DNA of 63,868 nucleotides, filler included, from Intoshia linei (GCA_001642005.1; 9 parts of 9 records of this genome joined end to end with filler, not necessarily neighbours in it); one strand, 5' to 3'; positions 29,101-41,168 are shown, numbered from the whole stretch's first letter. Program-made: numbers and translations. The notes: generated by a model from the letters alone, not told the origin.

Positions 29101-29334
29101 TAATACCCAAATGTTTAAATTTAGCATTTGTATCTAGAGTAATTGTTTTTTCATCCAATTCAATCTTTATTATTAAAAATGTTTCATTTTCATTTTGACT
29201 ATTATGACCACCAGTCGTAGGAATAACAATTTTATCGCCAATTTTCCAATTCACTTTTGTTTTAAGTACAATTACATTTCCACCAATTTCCAAAGTATTT
29301 GCTAGTAGAGACCACGTTTCAGGAGTCTTTCGAC
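14102..29334 (-). CDS. PKHD1L1: Fibrocystin-L (PKHD1-like 1), 3' part of a large multi-exon gene; 5' part not identified (probably beyond the gap at 30366)
   Basis: Approximate exons 28963-29334, 28206-28460, 24931-25576, 24160-24202, 23943-24118, 22791-23909, 20776-21080, 20591-20735, 17881-20541, 15708-15892, 15190-15350, 14636-15078, 14410-14582, 14257-14369 plus short terminal exons. Motifs include LRAEVGLLSHNI, GQAFRIGRYPIHFH, PbH1 beta-helix repeats, a G8 domain (IIIRGTL...IIIQGGHMFAG...IVLHGNQ), CIDMDCD, ESLDSDTLTRR and GPSDHGICEGYACRERLS. C-terminal TM helix TVLLSVLIPCLLIILIIIFILLAYF with a short tail; stop at 14102-14104. Confidence 0.9.
16100..16915. repeat. Foldback-like element with inverted arrays of CGTCTAATTT / AATTAGACG subrepeats
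   Basis: CGTCTAATTTAAT-like units at ~16115-16230 mirrored by TTAGACGCTG units at ~16845-16895. Confidence 0.45.
16616..16826. mobile_element. Candidate solo LTR
   Basis: GC-richer 211-bp block TGTAAAC...GAATAAAATA with internal AATAAA, flanked by 4-bp repeats AATG (16612-16615, 16827-16830). Its right end resembles that of 11039-11277 but ends in TA rather than CA. Confidence 0.4.
17490..17755. mobile_element. hAT-like MITE
   Basis: Imperfect TIRs CAGTACCATGCAGAG / CTCTACGCGGCCCTG; flanks GTCGCCAT / GTCGCTCA match partly. Confidence 0.45.
25726..27278. mobile_element. Non-autonomous hAT element (1.55 kb) with perfect 8-bp TSD, containing a Helitron-like copy and an integrase fragment
   Basis: TIRs CAGTGTTTCCCAAA / TTTGGGGACCACTC; TSD GTCTAGTC at 25718-25725 and 27279-27286. 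Confidence 0.85.
25855..26665 (+). mobile_element. Copy of non-autonomous Helitron-like repeat family, nested in the hAT element
   Basis: Near-identical to 29361-30175 over ~750 bp, including the TG/GT microsatellite near the 5' end. Confidence 0.85.
27294..27530. mobile_element. hAT-type MITE with perfect 8-bp TSD
   Basis: TIRs CAGTGCTTTCTAA / TTGAAAGCACTA; TSD CACTAGAG at 27286-27293 and 27531-27538. Confidence 0.9.
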
Positions 29335-29360
29335 CTATAATTATAATACGCATTTAAAAA

Positions 29361-30175
29361 ATTCTAACTTATATAAAATGCGACACGATTTTTGTTTGTC
29401 TGTCTGTGTGTCCTACTTTATTGAAATAACTAGCACTCTTAGAATTTTTGAAAGACCACATTTCAATTACAGTTTTTTCCGAGACGTATAATAAGATAAA
29501 TTTCAACCTCCCAATTTCACATCTTAAGGGTCAAAAACCCTGTTGTCCCTCTTTATGAAAATTAAACGAGTTAAAGAATTTAAAAAAAATATATACGCTG
29601 ATGCGGATTTTAAAATCATAAACATTATCATAAATTTGAATTTCAAAAAATTATACCTTCATGGCCAAAACCACAAATTCCCTTCCTTTTTTTTTGAAAA
29701 CAGCCCTAAAATTTCAAAAAATTTACAGGTGGTAGAGTTGTATTATGTTAACACACATAAAAAATTTCAATCTGAGTAAGTGACGACTTCACAGTCAAAA
29801 AATCATTTTAGTATTCATATATTTTTTTTCCAAAATATTTTATTAAAACCAAAAATGTGAAATAATTAACGGTTCAAAAATTAAAAAAAAAATTATTCTG
29901 ATAGTGCTTATTCCAATTGATATAAATACAAAATTTCAACCCCAGATATCTACGCATTCCCGGTGAAAAATAATTTTTAATATATTATCAACCAATATTT
30001 TTCAAATAGTTCGATTAAAATCAAAAATTGAATAAGGTAAATATTGATCCTACAATTTCAAAAAAAATGTGGATTGTACGTCTACACATTTCCAATTATA
30101 ATAAAAATCTATATAATTCATTCCTTCGCAATTTTTAAATTTCAAATTTTCATTTTCCAAACATTTTGAACATCT
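29361..30175 (+). mobile_element. Copy of non-autonomous Helitron-like repeat family
   Basis: Begins A|TTCTAACTTATATAAAATGCGACACGATTTTTGTTTGTCTGTCTGTGTGT; homologous to the other copies. Confidence 0.85.
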
Positions 30176-30365
30176 ACGGCAACGAATTTATAAAAGTTTT
30201 GATACTAACTTAATTTAACTTAGTTTGAAAATGCTAAAAAGAAAAGTAACATTCACAAGAAAAAAGGTCAAAAGTATGGACACATTTAACATCAATCATT
30301 TGCAATAATGTTAAAATTAATTATTCAATTAATTATTGATACACAATTGGTATTTTTAAGTATTT

Positions 30366-30465
30366 NNNNNNNNNNNNNNNNNNNNNNNNNNNNNNNNNNN
30401 NNNNNNNNNTTAATTAATTAANNNNNNNNNNNNNNNNNNNNNNNNNNNNNNNNNNNNNNNNNNNN
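30366..30465. other. Artificial contig spacer (44 N + TTAATTAATTAA + 44 N); also at 33043, 36999, 45651, 53140, 59957, 61411, 62759
   Basis: Identical 100-bp structure occurs eight times; TTAATTAATTAA is palindromic and places stops in all six frames, as in pseudomolecule linkers. Confidence 0.95.
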
Positions 30466-30642
30466 GTTTGTTATTTACGTTTGACAAATCAGTTTGCCAA
30501 AATTAATTTACCAAATCAGTCACCTTCGATTAGTGTAGCAAGATATAACAGTCGTGCAATATATTCTATATATAGACACAGGTTAGTGGGCATTGAAGTG
30601 TCACATTTTTTGGAAAATGTGTGAATTTCTTTGGCGTCTAGC

Positions 30643-30945
30643 NCTATAGAGAATGTAATTCGCATAAATACGTTTATTATCTAGTATTGGTCAATTGAAT
30701 GGTTTGGTGTTAGATCATTTATAAATTGGAACAATCTTATTAATTGCGACATCATTTGTGATGCCTTCAAAAATGTTCTTATCAAGAATAATTTGTCAGA
30801 TTTTGATGTTAACCCTTCAACAAATGAATTGGCGGAGAGGGTATTTAGAATGGCCAATGAGAAAATTTACTACTCAAAATCCATTAAAAATTTGGAACAA
30901 GTTTTGATTAGATATTTTAATGACCATCGAATGAGATTAAACTAA
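30643..30945 (+). CDS. 3' exons of an unidentified gene
   Basis: IEN | 30-nt GT-AG intron | YWSIEWFGVRSFINWNNLINCDIICDAFKNVLIK...RYFNDHRMRLN*; no family recognised. Confidence 0.4.
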
Positions 30946-32459
30946 TGTAATAAATATTTATCAATATATTCTATATAAAATTTACTTTTTATATGAGTTT
31001 ATAGTTTTTTCTATTGTTTCAATTCTATTTTTTCAACTCTGTTGTTTAGTCAATATTAGGACTATTTCTATCAATAGGTGGGTCATTTTTAAAATTATAT
31101 GTGATAGAGAACAATTTTTTCACATTATAAATGTAAACACAATACAAATTATTTAATTTAAGGGCCAACATTTTTAATTTAATATCAATTTTCAAAATAT
31201 TTTCATTTTTAGCAAAAGTGGGTGGTCTTTTTTGATTTCAAAAATTTTAAAAAGCATATTCATAACATACACAAAATTACTCATCTTTCCCCGTAAGCTA
31301 CTTTCTGTTTACTCAAAAAAAGCTGTTTTTAGACACAGGTTAGTGGCATTGAAGTGTCACATTTTTTGGAAAATGTGTGAATTTCTTTGGCGTCTAGCGT
31401 AGGTTTGATTTATTCATGAAATATCAATATAATTATAATAATTATTGTTTTTATTTTAAAAAAAAATGGCTCTTCGAGTTGCGCAGACCATTTTAACATT
31501 CTCATACAAAAGTATTAATGAAAAATTGAATAATAGTTTATTACTAAATTTAATATAATATTACTTAAATTATTTTTTCTACGGTCATAATGCTTTTATT
31601 TCGTTAACCATGTTGGGGTGTACATTTTATTTTCTAAAATTAATTTTCCTCTTCATTATTGTGGTTTTTACAAAGGTTTTTCTTTAGACAAGATTTAAAT
31701 TAGATACTGTAATACTATTATTTTCAATGGCATTCAACGGTTCTTAAAACCCAAAATAATTAATCTAGAATTATATTTTTAAAAAAATGTACAAAACAAA
31801 ATTTCTTTTTTTGAAACGTATCAATTGAAACACTAATTCGTCTGCAAACATTCAGTTGAGTGACATACGTTTGACTGATATTCATTTGATCAACATAATC
31901 ATCGATNATGTACAAAACAAAATTTCTCTTTTTGAAACGTATCAATTAAAACACTAATTCGTCTGCAAACATTCAGTTGAGTGACATACGTTTGACTGAT
32001 ATTCATTTGATCAACATAATCATCGGTTTTGTTAATTAATCATAATATCTATTTTTTGACGATATTTTTGTGGTTTCTTTAATGACAATGACCAACATTT
32101 TGTTGTGTTTTTGAGGAAATATTTTTTCGACCATTTTTAAAAAATTTTAAAGATAATTTTGGCACCAAAATTTTGTATGGCTTTTAAGGTAATATTTTTT
32201 TCCACAATTTTTTAAGGTTTTAAGACAATTTTAACATTAACATTTTGTAGGGTTTTAAGGAAATATTTTTAACATTTTATAGGACCTTCAAAATCTTTAT
32301 AAATTGGGTGAAAAAAAACTTCCCATAAAAACGTACCAACGAGATGTATCGCTCCAACAATGCATCGCTCAAACGAATGTCACTCGAGAGAATAAACGTC
32401 TAATTAATGAAACCAAATTATTAGGATTTTAAAATTTTTATCATTTATAAATTATGTAG

Positions 32460-32826
32460 AGAGAAAGTCCGTTATAATGATTTAATTGTTGGATTAAGGA
32501 ACAAAAATTGGTTTATAATATTAATGGATTCAGATTACATGGCTTTTAAAAATACTGTAATTTAATTGATTAATTTATCAATAAAAACTTATTCAATTTA
32601 TCTTTTAATAAGAATTACAGTTTAGAACCATTTAAAAACTTTAAATAACATTTAATATTACTTTAGTATATTGTTTCCTGCTTTAAAGCGTGTTTCCCTC
32701 AATTGAGACGTAGTTATCGGTAAATATGGTAAATTAAAAATATTTTAGCTGGACATTTTGTGATTCTTTGTGGCTTTGATCAAGATGAAGAGTTGTTTTA
32801 TTATATTGATCCATTGATTAATAAAG
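32460..32826 (+). CDS. GUCD1-like (C39-peptidase-like fold) internal exons, partial
   Basis: Exons EKVRYNDLIVGLRNKNWFIILMDSDYMAFKNT, YIVSCFKACFPQLRRSY and GHFVILCGFDQDEELFYYIDPLINK; the last matches the GH[FY]...GY/F...Y..P pattern of GUCD1. Confidence 0.55.
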
Positions 32827-33194
32827 GTATTTTATACTAGAGCCTGTACCCTGTACAGTAAGGTGTTAACATTTTGATTGAATTTTAGAAATTAACAAAA
32901 CCCAGGGTCATACGGCATGAAAAATTAGTTAAAACTAAGCGCTATGGTTTAGTTTTTTATATTATTGCAAAAACATGAGACTACTAAACGATTTAAAATT
33001 ACACGTTTAATTTGAATTTAACTTTATTTTAAGTATTTTTATNNNNNNNNNNNNNNNNNNNNNNNNNNNNNNNNNNNNNNNNNNNNTTAATTAATTAANN
33101 NNNNNNNNNNNNNNNNNNNNNNNNNNNNNNNNNNNNNNNNNNAAAATTAGCATTATCATCGAATTTTTAGTGCTATAAAATGTCGACTCTAATT

Positions 33195-34368
33195 ATGAGT
33201 CTAATGATGAAAGTATTACTTTGTATTTTTGTGATATTAATGGTTTTTTTTTGCATGTCTGCATATTTCATTAGTACATAAATCTTTGAAAAGTATATAC
33301 AATTCACATGGGGTAAAATTTCTACCATTTAAACAAAACTACAAACAGGGATTTGAGCATTTTGATTGACATTGGAGCTAAAAGTCTGGGTAAATTAAAT
33401 GCATTCCAGACGCAATTATAGCAGGTTTTGCCAAATGTGGCACGGGTACTTCGCATTATTTTCTTCAACAACACCCAGAAATATCGATTGCAGAAGAAGT
33501 ACACTATTACAATTTCAACATTTTATATAAAAATCTTGATTGGTACAAGTAATAATGAACAATTTACATAACAAATATAACAATTAAGAAATCGAATGAA
33601 TCTGGCATATAATTGTTAATTGAGTCTAGAAACTACTGCAGCTTACACAATAAAAAATAATACACCCGAGAGAATTTTTAATGTTAACCCAAAAACAAAA
33701 TTTATCATTCTAATGCGCAATCCTGTTAATCGGGCCATATCTCACTATAAAATGATGAATTTTATGGGATTGTATGAGAGAAAAGATAAAAAAATTAATA
33801 ATGTAGATAAATTTTTTGATTTAAATGGCAGACACAAATACATCAATTCAAACCAAAACGCATCACACCCTAAATACAATGAACGTTTTTATACGGACGC
33901 TTTGTATGTAATTCACTTGAAAAGGATTTTGAAATTTTTTAATCGTTCTCAAGTATTATTATTAAATAGCGAACATTTCGTCAAATATCCTTGGCTGACT
34001 CTCAAAAATGTTAAAACGTTTTTACACATTAAACCATATTTAGACAAGAAGAAATTTGTTTTCAATATTCGTAAGGGATTTTATTGTATTTTTAAAAATG
34101 TTTATACATATTTTCAAAATGATTTGAATGGAATGGATAATGTTAATCCATTGTTCAGCAAGAGATTGCATGTATGGATTCACCAAAGGGATACGCTAAA
34201 ATTGCAGTTAATTCTACTACTATTCAAAATTTGTACAAGTATTATGAAAAAACTAATCAAGAATTAAAAAAAAAGTTTCAGTTTTCGTTTGACTGGACCA
34301 AAGTCGCTGGAAAAAAAAAATTTATTAAACTTTTGAATTTGAACTTAAATTCTAATTTGTGTAAATAA
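33195..34368 (+). pseudogene. Heparan sulfate glucosamine 3-O-sulfotransferase-like, apparently disrupted
   Basis: 5'-PSB-like CIPDAIIAGFAKCGTG...HPEI...EVHYY...LDWY, 3'-PB LMRNPVNRAISHY, KGFYC|...CMDSPKG and FDW; introns 33549-33588 and 34100-34158. There is an in-frame TAA in NC*LSLETTAAY and further stops/frameshift between the N-terminal TM segment and the catalytic domain. Confidence 0.75.
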
Positions 34369-36998
34369 GAGTATAAATAAAGTCAGATATGTACATAAAA
34401 GATATAGCAACGCTACACCTTCCCTCCAGGATAAGTGGTGAGAAAAAAAAATTTTTTAGTGAAATATATATAGATACGTTTGAGAAATAAAAAAAATATA
34501 TTTCTTAATTATCAGAATCATATTTATCATATATATAGTCTTTTTTAAGATATGAGGGTCTTTTAATTTGACGCGATGGTCTTGAATTTGGATTGGTAGG
34601 AGTTTGATTAATCTCATCAAAATTAGACTGGTCATTTTTATAATAACGTCCATTATTCATGTACCAGTGTAATGGTTGACCCCTTTGCTTAGCTCTACGT
34701 CGTTCACATTCTTCACGTTTGGTCTCTAAATAATTCATCCATTCTTTACTAGAAGCTGCGGATGGATCAACGACTTCCAATTCATCACATAATCCGTCAT
34801 AACTGGGTATATTACTTTGTGCATTATGTGCAGTATTCTGTAGTGAATCTTAAGATTTTACTAAATCCGATGTTACTGGAGAATTTTCTACATGGTGTGA
34901 ATTTGATTTGGAACACCATACCGTGCGACAATATTATTTAGTATGTTATACGCCACACAATTAGGGGTCATATCTTCAATAGGAAAGATTTCAGGCTAAC
35001 CTGTAAAATGATCTACCATGACCAATAAATAACGATTACCATTTTTTGTAACAGGCAATGGACCAGCAAAATCAACTTGCCACAATTCGTTAAATTTAGA
35101 TGAAATAACTTGCTTTAATGGATGATTATAACGTTGACTACCAGTTTTAAATAAATTACATTTAAAACATTTCCTAATAAAATCGGTAACGGCCTTTTTC
35201 AATCCCGTACAATAAAAATCCTGTTTAATTTTCATCACTATTTGAATAATGCCTGAATGGGAGTTGCAATGTAATTTGTCTATCAATTTATCTCGTAATA
35301 AATTAGGCGTAACAATAAGCATATTTCCATTATTCTGACTAAAATAAAGCAGATTATTTTTAATGGTGAATTTACGTAAGTTTTTATAGTACTTGTTTGA
35401 TGAGTCAACGGTTTTATTGTTGCGTAAGAATTTAATAACTTCTCTACAATGAGAATCATTTGATTGAAATTTTTGAATATTTAACTCATCATTAGCATGT
35501 ATAATAGCATTACACCTGGAAAGTTGATCAGCCATTTTATTCATTGGCCCGGGTCTATATTTTATTACATAATCATAACTTTGTAAATCTTGAAACCATC
35601 TGAGTTTCATACCCCGCAATTTGGCTGAATTAGCTATTGTAGTTAAAGGATTGTGATCAGTTAATATAGTAAATTGTTTTCCAATTAAATAATGTTTAAA
35701 TTTGTTTACAGAATAACCTATGGCTAAAGCTTTCTTGTCAACAGTACTATAATTTCTTTCAGCTGACGATAATCGCCTACTAGCATATTCAATAGGATGA
35801 TTATTTTGCATAAGTACCGAACCGATACCGAAATCAGATACATCAGTTTCTAGTGTAAATGGCAATTCTGTGTCAGGTAATTTCATGACAGGTGCAGATG
35901 ATAATTTTTGTTTAAGTGTGTTGAAAGCATGTATACATTTTTTATCCCAAACAAAGGGAATATTTTTTCTAAGTAACCGATTTAATGGTTCTGCAATGTC
36001 TGCAAAATTTCGAATGAAACGCNGATAATTTTTGTTTAAGTGTGTTGAAAGCATGTATACATTTTTTATCCCAAACACAGGGAATATTTTTCCTAAGTAA
36101 CCGATTTAATGGTTCTGCAATGTCTGCAAAATTTCGAATCAAACGCCGATGATAATTAGCAGCACCCAAAAACATTTGTACTTTCTGTTTATCCGTGGGA
36201 TATTTAATGGCTTTAATAATATCAATGTCGTAAATATAATTTTTACAACGACCCGGTTTATTTGAGAAAACGTATTTAAATTTTTTTATTGTTTTTTCAA
36301 AAGATTTACTCAAATATGCCATGTTTAGATCAATTTAACTGTTCAATTGTGGATCACAAGGATCAAAACTAATCGTTAATGTGTCCTTAATAAAATTAAT
36401 AGACTGGCTCGATAAGCTATTACGTAATCTTGTAGAATTATTCAATATATCAATGTTATGATTGACAAAGAAATCTAAGCCTAAGATTGGTTTTGAAACA
36501 TTCGAGACAACAAAAGTATGGATAAAAGAGTTATTTAAAGATTTTGGTTTTTATTATTCCCTTATTTATTATTGGATTACCATTAACGTCTGTAAATTTC
36601 TTATAGGATGGTTTATTCGCTTTAAACACACTAGGTAAAAAGGAGGAAACAGCTCCTGTATCAATAAGACATTTAAAATTCCGTTTATCAATAGTACAGT
36701 CTATATAAAATAATGAAGTCCCATAATTAAAACTATTTTTTACTTCATAACAATATTCAAATATGTGTCCTTTTTTACCACATTTAGAACATGAGGGAAT
36801 CAAGTGCTTCAAGTTACAATTAGCGCCATTGCATTTTCTTTGTAAATAATTATCACAAATTGTATTTGACTGAGAGTCAACAATATTTAGATTAGAAAAT
36901 TTTTTTACATTTCTCTTATTTAGATTATTTTTATTGGAATAACACCATTTATTATCTGCCAATTTGTTTGTTGGTTTTTGATATGACCTTTGAGGATT
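34302..36998 (-). mobile_element. Ty3/gypsy LTR retrotransposon, internally deleted; 5' end lost in gap
   Basis: Gag CSKCGKKGHIFEYC knuckle, protease LIDTGA, RT thumb FLGAANYHRR, RNase H (ETDVSDFGIGSVL, TDHNPL), integrase HHCC and WQVDFAGPL...VDHFT*, C-terminal RPSRQIKRPSYLKKDY. PPT GGAGGGAAGG (34418-34427) is followed immediately by TGTAGCG (3' LTR start at 34417). The distal LTR end is inferred. Confidence 0.9.
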
Positions 36999-37099
36999 NN
37001 NNNNNNNNNNNNNNNNNNNNNNNNNNNNNNNNNNNNNNNNNNTTAATTAATTAANNNNNNNNNNNNNNNNNNNNNNNNNNNNNNNNNNNNNNNNNNNNG

Positions 37100-37752
37100 A
37101 TTTTTTTAGGTAAGTGACTAAGGGAATAACGTCAGATATGCTTATATCTGATGTTTGAGTTAATGTAGTAAAAATTTAAAAGGGTTTGAGAATACAAATG
37201 AGTAAATCTATTTGATATTTTTGGCTATGATTGAAACTATCCATTATATCTAGAAAGTAGTTGTTTTCCTCAAGACGTTCCAGCATTTTTAAATCACTAG
37301 AACAACGAGTAGCACATCTCATCACTGGAGTAGAGAGATGACATTCATATATTTGGTCCATTTTGATGCACGATTTTCTTATGGAGTTGTAAAAATTTGA
37401 AACAATATTAAGTATGCCTTCGATTTTTTTTATCTTTCAATATGTCGTTTACAGTCAGTTGCACAGTGTGTGAAAAACATCTGACAAAATGAGCATTTTG
37501 AATATCTATCATATATTCATTTTGTTCAGGAATGTCTTGATCGACATTGAGAGCTTTTACATTATTAGAAGCATTGTCTGCAACAATAGCTGAAACTTTG
37601 TTGTTTAAATTCCAATATTTTATATGCTCAACAATTTTACTTCTAATATTTACACCGGTGTGTCGTTGACTGAACAGTGAACATAAAACCAAGACTTCTA
37701 CCCATGTACCATTGAGTTGATAAACGATTATGATTCCAATATGAGAGCGCAT
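37100..37752 (-). mobile_element. hAT (Ac/ZBED1-like) transposase fragment, degenerate
   Basis: HTGVNI...IVADNASNNVKA...CFSHTVQLTVND and frameshifted CATRCSSDLKMLERL (decayed TRW motif). Confidence 0.85.
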
Positions 37753-38438
37753 AAAATTAAAAAATTAAAGTTAAATTCATCAAAATATAAAATTTCGTGT
37801 TTGTTTGAAAAACAATAAATGTTTGATCTGTTTGAAAGTCGTCAATGGATATGAACACAATTTAACTGTTTGATAAAATTACTGCTACTAACAAACCATT
37901 TAAATAAAGTGCTGTCAATTGCATTGGTTTTAGAAAGTTTGCGTTGTCTTTTATTTCTGTTATCATCAATTTGTAAAAATTTTTCCTTATTTGATAAAAT
38001 ACTATTTATTGTACTTATCATTATTAATATTATAAAAAGCTCAAATATATTTACCTAAGGAAATTTTAAATTTAATTGCCAGTTCCCGCTGTGAACAATG
38101 TGGATTCTGATCGTAGAGACAAATAATATCTTTTTTTTCCTTTAAATTTAAGTCTACTCGTTTTCTTTTATGGTTCATACTTACAATATAAAAAATAAAA
38201 AATCACGCTATAGAATGATAATATATTTGAATTGTCTTGGTATTCGAAAATATTTTTAGTTCAATGTTCAAATTAAAATTTTTTCATTGTATAGTAACAG
38301 TAAGAAAATATATTATAATTTGTTCAAAGTCGCAATGTTCGAATTATACGATGTTCGGATTATGCAGATTTGACTGTATTTTGTATATGAGATGTTTTGT
38401 ATCTGCACGCATTAAATGTAATTTTTCTCTTCATTTTC

Positions 38439-38793
38439 ATGGTGACAAATTTGAGAGTATATATCTGGAGGCTCCCGACGGGAGCACCTCGTAATAGAGT
38501 GGATGATCGATTTATAGTCAGTTTTATTTGATTGTATTCTTTATTGTGTATTTATGAAGTTTTTTAATATTATTAAATGTATCAATAATGCTAAATACTA
38601 TTATTTTTAAACTAGCAGTGGTTGAGTAAATAAACTGTTAATACATTTCATTTGATTTTATTATTTTTGTATTATATTTAAAATTTAGAATTTTCGAAAC
38701 AAATTAATACACGAATTGAAAGAAGTTTTCCCCCATGAAATGGATAAATATGCATCTCTTAACAAAATTGAAGATTTGATTAAAAATAACTGA
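38439..38793 (+). CDS. Two exons of an unidentified gene (probably its 3' end), convergent with FBXO47
   Basis: (M)VTNLRVYIWRLPTGAPRNRVDDRFI | GT..AG | NFRNKLIHELKEVFPHEMDKYASLNKIEDLIKNN* in matching phase. Confidence 0.45.
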
Positions 38794-38936
38794 AATATTT
38801 ACTGATTTTAAATGTACATGAATATTTAAAACAAATTCAAATTGTTTTTCCTTTACCTAAAAAATATATATTGTATAATTGTTTTATACACATTTCAATT
38901 ACATTTATAATTATAAATTAAACAATTTGATATACC

Positions 38937-41168
38937 CTACAATTGATTTCTAATAAAGTAAACAATTAAATTTTGTTGCGCTTCTTGAAGGCATCTAATA
39001 TCTGATAGAATGTTGTCATCTAAAATTAAAATAAAACTGATTGATAATCAACAAATATATCAATGTAACGTACCTACAAATGATTCTAAATAATTGTTGA
39101 TAAGTTTTTTAATATGGTTAGTGATATTGCAAACATAATTCTCTTTTTCAATGCGATGTTTTTGTCTCTGTATCATTTGAGTTATTAAATTTATTATAAA
39201 ATGCAAAGAATTTTCATATTTTATAAAAACCTAAAAAGAATTATCACATGTATTTAATTGATAATTCACCAAAGCTAAATGCGCAAAAATTTTCCCACTA
39301 AGTTTCATATCATTTCCAATATATTTAGTAACATAGAATGTTATAATTTCAGGTCCACAGAAATACAGCAAAAGAGCGACATTTTCGGCTAACCATGAAC
39401 TAGGGTTGGCTAAATTTAATATTTTATTTTGTTATCAAAATATACATATGATTTCGTTCAGTACATTCAATGTATCGGTATTTGACCAATCTTGGTGATT
39501 TTCGTGTAAAAGTTTAATTGGAATTGAAATGTTTCCAAAAACATTCTTTTCCAATTCTTTTGGGAATGTTCTTTGTGTCATATCATGCCATATTATTTTT
39601 TCTAAAGAAATACAAATTTATAATTTAATTTTCGTTGCTCCAAAGTGTTCTATGGTTTACAGATGGGATGTACTCGAGTTTAAAAATCACAAGCTTATAT
39701 AAATAAAAATATATTCACCTCTAGATATTGGTCCATAGATAATAAATAAAATTATTGCTCGTTCAGAAGTTGTATATGGCTCAATAATAAAGTAAATCTT
39801 TTCGGATAATTCCAAATCATTATTGTAGGGACGACATACCACTTTTTGCATAAAATTTTTAAAAATTACTTCTTTTTTCATACAAGCACCTGATTTTAAA
39901 ATATATTATAAATTAGTATATGAACGCTTCGTTCCACTAGGAGGACATAAATATTTTAATTTTATAGTGTGGCATCGAAATTAATGTAAATTAATATTAT
40001 TTACAAATGCATTTACCAAAATCTTTACTTAAAACTTCAGTCATCAAAGTGTCTATACTGCAACGTTCAAAAAGATTTGTCAAGCTGAATCGAATTTCTG
40101 TGTAATACCATCCTTTTAACAGGCATTTGAATGCAATCCCATAAAAATACAAACATATGCAATTTATTGGATCTTTACAGCTATTTTGATAACAAATTAG
40201 CGACTAAATTGTGAATAAATCTACATAAAATTTACTTTAAAGTAATCGAAAAATATTTCCAGTCTATTGCTTGACGGTTCCAAAAAACTGACTCTTTTCA
40301 ACAAATATCCTATGGAAATTGAATAAAATAAGTGATAAATAACTAAAACAATGCGTTTCACCAGTATTTATTTTTAAAATTCCTCTTATTAAAAGAAAAT
40401 TATACTCTATCATAACCACTAAAAAATGGGATCATAAAGAAATTTTTTAATAATAAATTCGTAGGTGTCCCAATACATCGTGACCTTCCGTTAAATTAAT
40501 TATAATAATTAAATTACACTGTGTAATACCCAGTATGCATAGTAATAATGATATATTTTATCTAGTAAACAAAATGTATACCACATGATTTAAAATGTAT
40601 AATATATTTTTGCTTGGTTTTATTAGAACACATAAACATATCAACTGACGAATGTTCCAATTTGTAAGGTCTCAGAATAATATCTTTCGCCCATTTTGAA
40701 TTTAAAAATTCAAAAATCATGTTTTTGAGTGGCTTTGAACAACATGCCAGCATTCCAAGACTTTTCACTATCAATTTATTTTATTTTACTTCAAAGTGTT
40801 AAAATTAATTGTAAATGCAAAAAAATTAAATAAAAATTAAAATTACTTGATAATCGTTGCAAGATGAAATATTTAAGTTCATTTGACAAAACAACAAAAT
40901 ATCCGATAGAACTTTCCAGATTGTAAAAATCAGTTTCAATTTTTTTGTTTAAATTAAAATTGAACGTATTATTATCCCATTTACCAATTTTGTATTTGAC
41001 AATATCATTAAGTTTGATAAATCTCTTACAATTTTTAAGTCTATCGTTTCTATTCCCTTTAATTGTCGGAAAAAAATCGTTAATATACTTCATTATTTTA
41101 AAACTTTGTTATGATTGAACAAATGATACTAAATTACCTGTGACAAATTTATATTCATTTTGCGCCAT
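38937..41168 (-). CDS. FBXO47: F-box only protein 47-like (meiotic F-box, PROM-1/FBXO47 family), many short introns
   Basis: MAQNEYKFVT|...IGYFVVLSNELKYFILQRLS|..VKSLGMLACCSK (F-box-like), HFKSCG, CLLKGWYYTE, IIEPYTTSERAIILFIIYGPISR|..KWHDM resemble FBXO47 blocks (HFKSLG, GWDE, ARLLYIIFGP..W..M); stop TAG at 38937-38939. Confidence 0.65.

Noticed and set aside
29543-29779. 78-aa ORF (also the ORFs at 43491 and 56189)
   Set aside because: Chance frames within non-coding repeats.
31788-32025. ~120-bp tandem duplications (also ~35903-36148, ~57740-58080, and 30573-30641 versus 31331-31398)
   Set aside because: Near-identical copies associated with a single n, the signature of unmerged contig overlaps.
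32050-32400. CRISPR-like or regularly spaced repeats (AACATTTTGT..GGTTTTAAGG units)
   Set aside because: Degenerate units with irregular spacing in a eukaryotic context and no cas genes; more likely a minisatellite or TE subterminal repeat.
33379-33619. Stop-codon reassignment (TAA read as Gln) suggested by an in-frame TAA in the sulfotransferase
   Set aside because: UBE2N, CK2 beta, Ly6 and T-box terminate at TAA, the long PKHD1L1 exons have no internal TAA, and the gene has other lesions; pseudogenisation or sequence error is simpler.
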